Of a DNA stretch of 64,000 nucleotides, positions 36,417 to 43,349 are shown in pieces. The translations under genes were made by a program, and so were the position numbers. Each line of letters begins with the position of its first letter. Within the stretch, counting starts at the first letter, position 1. Below the pieces are notes generated by a model. It did not search any database. It worked only from the letters and a program-made list of their open reading frames with translations, and was not told the DNA's origin. This DNA is from a virus (Duplodnaviria > Caudoviricetes): positions 1 through 64,000 of the IMG/VR virus record IMGVR_UViG_3300009826_000020. The stretch is one strand, 5' to 3'.

Positions 36417-38284
36417 GTACCTCGCCAGTTTCCCTCGGGACGGTCTCGGATATTATCCCGTCCTCGATCATCGTCCCCCCTGTCGATTACACCAGCCGTG
36501 ATTATGCCTCGCTGGTGAACGACATGCTCAACCTGATCCCGAGCTATTTGCCGGAGTGGACCGACCGGTCTCCAGGGGATTTTGGCATCGTGATGCTGGA
36601 ATTGTTTGCCTACGTGGGCGACATCCTGAATTTCTACTCAGACCGTATCGCCAATGAGGCGTATATCGGTACAGCCCAGCAGCGGCAGTCGGTGCTGAAT
36701 ATCGCCAACATGCTGGACTACACGCCTCATGGCAATGTGGCGGCGAGCGTTGTGCTCAGTTTCACGATCTCCTCGCCCTCGGGTCCTGTCCTTATTCCAC
36801 AAGGGTCCCAGGTCTCCACCATGCTCACGGGTATCAAGGCCACGATCTTCGAGACGGTGGAAGATCTCTGGGTTTATGGGGACGGTATCTCCACCACAAA
36901 AGTCATTACCAGTAATGGTCTGCCGAATCAGACCATTCTGATGGACGATCCTTCACTGCCTTACCCCTCTTACAATTTTACCGGTGGTTCCGAGCATCAA
37001 TCGGTTTCGGTTGGCGGTGAGAACTGGCCGATCTCGGCTGGTAATGAATTCCATGGGATCGGGACGGACAAGCTCTACACTGTGATCAACGGTAATACAA
37101 TCCAGTTCGGAAATGGGATCAACGCCGCCATCCCCCCTGCTGGTCAGTCGATAATCGTCACCTTTATACCTGCAGTCCCGGGCACCTACGTGGGTCAGGT
37201 CAATGCTCTCCAGGGGGAGAGCCAGATCGGTGAGGGTATCGGGATCTCTGATGGTACGCCCAACCAGCAATATACCCTCTTCAATACCCCGGTGGTAGAC
37301 GGCTCGATCCAGGTCTTTATCAACGAGGGTGCGACTCCCACCGAGTGGATCTATCACCAGCGGATGATCGATGCCTTCTCCTCAGAGGGCGCATATACCT
37401 ATGACGTGGACGCCAACGGTGTCGTCACCATTCGATTCGGGGATGGGATCTCAGGACGCATTCCACCCCAGGGTGTGCTGATTTCTGCCAACTATATGGT
37501 CGGTGGTGGGTCTATTGGCAATGTCGCCGCCCATTCCATCACCCAGATGATGTCCGGCATTACCGGTGTGGTTGCTGTCGACAACCCGGATGCTGCCACA
37601 GGTGGAGCCGACCAGGAGACCATCGACCACATCCGCATCCACGCTCCCCTGTCGATGTCTGCCATCAACAGGGCCGTGACCCTGGACGACTACGCCGCTC
37701 TCACGCTCAACGTCCCGCAGATCGCCAAGGCCGCAGCCATGTCGACTGCCTACAACCAGGTGAACATTTTCATTCATCCAGCGGGTGATTTTCTTGCCAC
37801 TGGCCCTGAGGACACCACTGGAATAGCTACCCTGACGAGGCGTGTCAATGCTCTCCTGCCCTCGCTGACGAATTCCGGCTACACGGGCTACCTTGACGAC
37901 AAGAAAATGGTGAGTACGTCCGTTGTCATTCTGCCTCCGCAGTACGATAATAAAGGCGTGCGCCTGACCGGCTATGTTCCCTGTAATGTCACGGCTACTG
38001 TCCAGGTCTTGCCCCAGTATCATCAGTCGTCTGTCCGGTCACTGGCAGAAGCGGCCCTTCGTAATCTCTTTCTCTTCTCGGTGGTGGATTTTGGATCTCG
38101 AATCACACTATCGAGCGTCTATCATGCCCTCATGAATGTCGAGGGTGTTGACTACGTCAATGTCAACCTCATGGCCCGCAATGAGGCGGATCAGTCAGCG
38201 GCTCCTGCTGACATCGAGTGTGAGGCGTACGAGATCCCCAGGGCCTACCAGATCAACGTCAACGCCAACGGGGGGGTGTTGTAA
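36413..38284 (+). CDS. baseplate J-like wedge protein
   Basis: VDYTSRDY...PEWTDRSPGDFGIVMLELFAY; GGADQET...RAVTLDDY. Confidence 0.9.
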   Translation: MSTSPVSLGTVSDIIPSSIIVPPVDYTSRDYASLVNDMLNLIPSYLPEWTDRSPGDFGIVMLELFAYVGDILNFYSDRIANEAYIGTAQQRQSVLNIANMLDYTPHGNVAASVVLSFTISSPSGPVLIPQGSQVSTMLTGIKATIFETVEDLWVYGDGISTTKVITSNGLPNQTILMDDPSLPYPSYNFTGGSEHQSVSVGGENWPISAGNEFHGIGTDKLYTVINGNTIQFGNGINAAIPPAGQSIIVTFIPAVPGTYVGQVNALQGESQIGEGIGISDGTPNQQYTLFNTPVVDGSIQVFINEGATPTEWIYHQRMIDAFSSEGAYTYDVDANGVVTIRFGDGISGRIPPQGVLISANYMVGGGSIGNVAAHSITQMMSGITGVVAVDNPDAATGGADQETIDHIRIHAPLSMSAINRAVTLDDYAALTLNVPQIAKAAAMSTAYNQVNIFIHPAGDFLATGPEDTTGIATLTRRVNALLPSLTNSGYTGYLDDKKMVSTSVVILPPQYDNKGVRLTGYVPCNVTATVQVLPQYHQSSVRSLAEAALRNLFLFSVVDFGSRITLSSVYHALMNVEGVDYVNVNLMARNEADQSAAPADIECEAYEIPRAYQINVNANGGVL

Positions 38285-39058
38285 ATCCCCGCTTTTCCAT
38301 CCTCGATCAAGGTTTTCCAGACGTTCCAGAATTACACTGATATCATCTGGGCGATCAGTATCAACGAATGTCATGATGAGATCGTCGCCCTTGAGTCAAT
38401 CCTGGGCGTCAATCCTTTCATCGGCACACCCTATACGACCTTCAGTGGTGCCATTCAGGATCTATACGCCAACAAGGCTCCCGCCAACCACACCCACATT
38501 CACTCCAACCTGTTGGACGACAACATAGGGAATGACCATCCTCAGTACATCATGGCGAGCGGGTACCCAGGCTTCAGTGCGCCCGTGGTGGGCGTGGCGG
38601 GTGGTAATGCAGCCAACCTGGTGACCCTGGCCCAGGTGCAGGGCTTCGGCTATGTCAACGAGGCCACGGTGCGCTCCATTGCCACCAGCATGATCAACAG
38701 TGCCGAGGGTGGCCTGATGGTTGGGGCCTGGGGCACTCAGCCCTTGATAGGGGTCGCCCCCAACCCCAGTTGGACGATCCAGGGCGGGGTCTACTCAGCC
38801 TGTACAGACGCCAGTGGCCGGATAACGATCCCCTTCAACCCCCATTATTCGCATTGTGTGCAGTCCGTCTCTGTCACGAAAATGCCTGCAACGCCCCAGG
38901 CAGGTGGCCATTATCCATGCCCACCATATGACTGGATCGAGTCCCAGGTCACCCTTCTTGGCGCATCAGGTACGGGAGCCGTTGTCCAATTCTCCCATGA
39001 CTACAGTTGGCAACCCGGTATGTGGGTGACAATCATGTACATGGCTATGGGGAATTAG
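38285..39058 (+). CDS. minor tail/fibre protein; apparent start codon ATC
   Basis: frame open from 38285 with no ATG/GTG/TTG until 38513; the 76 extra codons align to the N-terminus of paralogue 39059-40336. Confidence 0.7.
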   Translation: MPAFPSSIKVFQTFQNYTDIIWAISINECHDEIVALESILGVNPFIGTPYTTFSGAIQDLYANKAPANHTHIHSNLLDDNIGNDHPQYIMASGYPGFSAPVVGVAGGNAANLVTLAQVQGFGYVNEATVRSIATSMINSAEGGLMVGAWGTQPLIGVAPNPSWTIQGGVYSACTDASGRITIPFNPHYSHCVQSVSVTKMPATPQAGGHYPCPPYDWIESQVTLLGASGTGAVVQFSHDYSWQPGMWVTIMYMAMGN

Positions 39059-40336
39059 ATGTCCGACGTACCGGATATGCCGGTAACTGACCGAGGTGAG
39101 ATCCCACCGGTAGTTGCTAGTCGGCGTTATCCGCAGGCCATACGTAATTTTGTCACCTACCTTGATCAGCCCGGTGGACCGGATCGGTTCCTGGTCACCG
39201 CCAATACCCAAGGCGGCGGGACCACCACCACCGACGTCACCCTTGACGCCGCCGCCGTCACTCGTGATGTGCAGACTGAGATAGTCAGCCTGGAGACGGT
39301 TATCGGTATACGGCCTTGGACTGTGCCCGGGACGGTCGATATCGGTGGTTCAATCAGGTGGCTGTACAACAATAAGGCTGCTGGTCGAGTCGATACTCGG
39401 AACGAAATACCTCCGGCTCCCCCGCCCTCGCACAACCATGTCCACGCCCAGTCGACAGGACTCAATGCCGATGATCACCCGATCTACATGCGGGTCGATG
39501 GCACGAGGCATTTCTCGGCTGCTGTGCTGGGCAAGAACGGCACCGCCGGTAATCATCTGTTGACACTCGGGCAGGTCCAGCCGGGTGGGCCGCTTGCTGG
39601 GCTGACCTCAAGTCAGGTGCAGGCCATCATTCAGGGTCTGATCAATGCCTCCTCGAACAACCCCTGCCGTGGGCCGGATTCCCGCCGATGGAAGATGGCT
39701 GGTGGGGTAGCACAGGGCTATACGGATGCCAACGGTAACCTGGCCTTCAGTATTGCGGCGGCTAAATTCAACGGGATCCTCAGTTTTCTCTTTATGAAGA
39801 TGCCCCATGCGGGTACCACGGCTGTCAACCTGAGCTTCACGCTTTCCGGTGATGTGCTCTTTGCCTTCGACAGTTCGGCCCTCTCGTCCGGTGCTGTGGC
39901 CGAACTGAACAGCATTGCCCTCACGCTGAGGAGTTCGCCCTCTGGGAGTGTGCATGTTGTCGGTCACACCGACTCGATAGGCACGTATGCCTACAACCTC
40001 GGCCTCTCGCAGCGACGGGCTGCCAGTGTGATGTCGTACTTTTCTGCCCATGTTGGCAATTCCCAGCTTCGGTATTCGAGTGAAGGGCGCAGTTATAGCG
40101 ATCCTGTGGCCCCCAACACTCTGCCCAACGGCGCAGATAATCCCGCCGGTCGAGCGCTGAACCGCCGTGTCGAGATCAGCTACGTGCCTGACGTTCGCTA
40201 CGCTTATCAATACATGGAGGATCAGCTTCTGCTCACCTCCCTGACCAATAGCAGTGCAGTCGTCACCTTCATTGAGGATGTCAGGGTGGACAAGCAGGCT
40301 CTGGTCAGCCTCTGTTGGCTGGCACTGGGGATATAG
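39059..40336 (+). CDS. tail fibre paralogue with inserted OmpA-like peptidoglycan-binding domain
   Basis: LSGDVLFAFDS..L...VVGHTDSIG...NLGLSQRRA..V...G.S..DPVAPN...GRALNRRVEI (about 39824-40189). Confidence 0.85.
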   Translation: MSDVPDMPVTDRGEIPPVVASRRYPQAIRNFVTYLDQPGGPDRFLVTANTQGGGTTTTDVTLDAAAVTRDVQTEIVSLETVIGIRPWTVPGTVDIGGSIRWLYNNKAAGRVDTRNEIPPAPPPSHNHVHAQSTGLNADDHPIYMRVDGTRHFSAAVLGKNGTAGNHLLTLGQVQPGGPLAGLTSSQVQAIIQGLINASSNNPCRGPDSRRWKMAGGVAQGYTDANGNLAFSIAAAKFNGILSFLFMKMPHAGTTAVNLSFTLSGDVLFAFDSSALSSGAVAELNSIALTLRSSPSGSVHVVGHTDSIGTYAYNLGLSQRRAASVMSYFSAHVGNSQLRYSSEGRSYSDPVAPNTLPNGADNPAGRALNRRVEISYVPDVRYAYQYMEDQLLLTSLTNSSAVVTFIEDVRVDKQALVSLCWLALGI

Positions 40337-40349
40337 GGAGGAGGACACG

Positions 40350-42478
40350 ATGGGCGTATATGGCCTGGATTTTACGGAGTAGGTCGCTTCGGGCGGGATC
40401 CCGCCCTTGAGCGGCCTGACTTCTCTGTTCAGCCCTTCGCCACCATGCCTCTCAGCTATTCCAGCCTGTACCTGTCCTGGGTGAAGCCCGTATCCCCTGA
40501 CTGCGTGACTCTGCGCCTGGTGCGTACCGGCCTGAACCTCTCCCAGAATCCCGGCGCTGATCCCGGCACTACCACGAATGCCGACGCAGGCTCGGATGGT
40601 TATGTGCTCTTCACCGACACCGTGGATCGGCTACCGAACTTTATTGATGTGGGTCTTGGTGGTGGGTTTTTCTATTACACGATGTGGGGTTGGTCCAACC
40701 AGGACCAGATCTGGATCCGCTGCTCCGATGTGATCGGCCTGGTGCCCCTCAACTGGAACTATGGCTGGCGGCTGTACATGCTCCTCCCCGAGGCCTACCG
40801 GGACCGTGACTGGGTCCTGGTGGATCACTACAACCCTCTGGCCCTGCCCCGGCAGAATGACTTCAGGCCCTACGAGGTGGAGAGTGGTGATTCGTGGCAG
40901 ACACTCGCCTCCCACTACGGCACCACGCCAGAGAGCCTGGCGTACATCAACGGTGAGGTGATCTCGACTCCTCTGACATTGGGTCAATCGATCCTGGTGC
41001 CCTGGCCGAATTCTCCTAACCCGGATCCGCCCCTCAGGCGATTCCTGGGTCTGATCGGATTCCAGTTCGACTTCATCCGCACCGAGCTTGAATCGCTCAT
41101 GAGCGTCAATGACGCCATGCACTGCTCGGGTGCGCTCCTGCCTCTGATGGCTCAGCAGTATGCCCTGGTGCATGAGCCGGAGATCGGGATGCAGCAGGAG
41201 CGCACCTTGGTACAGAACGCCGTGCATCTTTTCAAGCTGAAGGGCACTCCTCGGGGTATTACTGATTGGTGTTCGATCATGACGAGCTACCCCTTCTCCA
41301 GGTTGGTTCACCATGGCTATAACTGTCTGCTATGCCTCGATGATTCGGCCTTTACAGACGGGATAGGTACCTGGCAGTCCTGGCCCCCGAGGGGGGCGAG
41401 CTTCGAGGAGGAAAAGGAGCGCACCTGGTTCGACCCGGACTGGTTCTGTAATCAGACCTTCGGGTATTACTTCGGCTCTGGTGGTGTGAATGTCGAGGTC
41501 ACTGGATTCAAGTTGACCTGGATCCCTGATCTGCCTATGGCTGGGACCTCCAGCCCTCTGGGTGACATGTACCCTGATGGATTCCCTGTGTGGTCACCGG
41601 AATATCTCAATAGCGGTATGAGCCTGTCTGCCGATGGCCCGGGTACGCTGGACACCTGCACTGCAGGCATCCCTATCACCGACTTCGTGTCGGAGACATA
41701 CGGCCCTGGAAATGCCACCTTTCGTGTAGGTGTCTGGTCGCCCACAGCCCGTCAGGTCAACCTCTCAATCTGGGCCGACGAAGGGTCTGACGAGCCGATC
41801 CTCATTGCGGAGCAGAACTTCACCTCGGTGGCCGGTCACTGGTCGCTGTTCACTCTGACCACGCCCATCGATGTATATCCTGACCTGGACGGCCCTGCCC
41901 AGTACTACTGGCTCTATCCCCGTATTCGGATAATAAATGCCGCCGCTCATGAGGTACATTACGTCACGCTGGCTGCCCTCTGGCCCACAACCCCAAACCT
42001 GGTGGGTCTCAACACGCCTGAGTTTGACTATGCCCGTGACCTCAAGGTGAATCTTGAGCCGGTGGCTTCCAATCTTCTCGGTAATACCCTCACGAGTTTC
42101 GACCGTCTTAACCCTGATGATGGCAGGCTACGGATCGGATTCGATGGCCTCTGTGCTGTTGCTGACCCTATTACGAAGGCTGGCCCGCAGACAGGGCAAA
42201 TGGTCTACCGCCGCCAGACTGTCGATGATGCCCCGAGTTCCCTGACCGTCAACGGAAATGCCGCTCTGCAGTTCAACGTGACTGCGCCTGGTGGCACGGT
42301 GTGGTTTGGCAGGATACCCTCCTGGTCGCCCGAACCCCCGACTCCTGATGGATGGTGGGATCCCAAGACCAGTGACTGGTACCCGGGTGCTGGACCTGGA
42401 GCCTCTGCTGCTAGGCCATGGATGAGTGACACACTGGGCTGGTTCGCCATGCCCTTCCCGCCGGGAGTCAGCCTGTGA
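40350..42478 (+). CDS. gpI-like baseplate protein, N-terminal part, with LysM insertion; needs a -1 shift at 40367-40373
   Basis: LPEAY...LRRFL...LLPLMAQQY...LFKLKGT gpI pattern; LysM at 40871-41002; strong SD before ATG 40350, none before ATG 40445. Confidence 0.75.
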
Positions 42479-42729
42479 GCCAAATGGATTCAGAGTCATT
42501 TTTCTGGGTCAGGGGCAAGGTTGAAAAAGGCCCCCGAATGGTGGAGATGGATGGTGGTAGCGAGATGTGTATCGCCGCTACCACCCATGGAAATATACGC
42601 TTCGATTGGCCCAGACTCAGGGATTCAATGCAGGCCCTGATGGAGTCCGGTGCTGACCCTGCCATGGTTGGTGGTGTCGGGTACGCCGACAACGTCTGGC
42701 CATTGCGGCTATGGGGCGAGGACTCCTAG
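42475..42729 (+). CDS. hypothetical protein
   Basis: 84-aa ORF with GGGAG SD; converges on the oxygenase gene. Confidence 0.45.
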   Translation: MSQMDSESFFWVRGKVEKGPRMVEMDGGSEMCIAATTHGNIRFDWPRLRDSMQALMESGADPAMVGGVGYADNVWPLRLWGEDS

Positions 42730-43349
42730 ACGTCGAAGAAGAATAGGTGAACCAGCCGAGGCCCATTCACATAGCTTGTCGCTGAGTGAATGAGGCTGGC
42801 GTCCCAGAGGACGAGCCGGTTATAGATCCCGGCGACCTGGTCGACTAGCTGCCAACTGTCAGGGTGCTCCAGGTTGTACGGGTCATATACTGACGCCTCA
42901 GCGTCCTTGATTGCCTCAGGCCCGTATTTCTCCAGCCGCCTGACCTCATATGGATGTGTGGGCTTACGACGAACGCCGTCAGCAATGTGTTGCCAGAAAC
43001 TCGTCCCATCTTCTGGCCCGCCGTCAGGGTTCAGGTACACCGCCCCGGCATAATCCTGACCATCGTGGTGCCAGACGAGGTTGTCCTCTTGTGAGGTCTG
43101 CTGGAAGACACCGTTCATCCCGTGTTCCAGCCAGGCCGTGATGGGTGTGCCGAGCAGCCGAGAGAATTCCTCACGTTGCCAGGGGAAGAGGAATCGCTCC
43201 TTTGAGCGCAAGCCCTTGAAGTAGTCGAGGTCTGAACCGTACTCCTGGGCGAGGGCGAATTCTCGTATGGCGTCTGGATCCTTGTAGAATTCGTCCACCA
43301 CCAGGAGGCTTGGTGGTTGGGAATTGTGCTGTACCTCTTCTAGATCCAC
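42726..43349 (-). CDS. 2OG-Fe(II) oxygenase (DUF6445-like)
   Basis: VVDEFYKDPDAIREFAL, WHHD..YAGAVYL, GTSFW, YNRLVLW...IHSA, RLVHLFFF. Confidence 0.8.
   Translation of the reverse strand: MDLEEVQHNSQPPSLLVVDEFYKDPDAIREFALAQEYGSDLDYFKGLRSKERFLFPWQREEFSRLLGTPITAWLEHGMNGVFQQTSQEDNLVWHHDGQDYAGAVYLNPDGGPEDGTSFWQHIADGVRRKPTHPYEVRRLEKYGPEAIKDAEASVYDPYNLEHPDSWQLVDQVAGIYNRLVLWDASLIHSATSYVNGPRLVHLFFFDV

Noticed and set aside
3992-42470. 38-kb transposon with 5-bp target duplication (AGTCA) and 6-bp terminal inverted repeats
   Set aside because: No transposase; excision would delete essential head and replication genes and would not restore the split gene, whereas inversion does.
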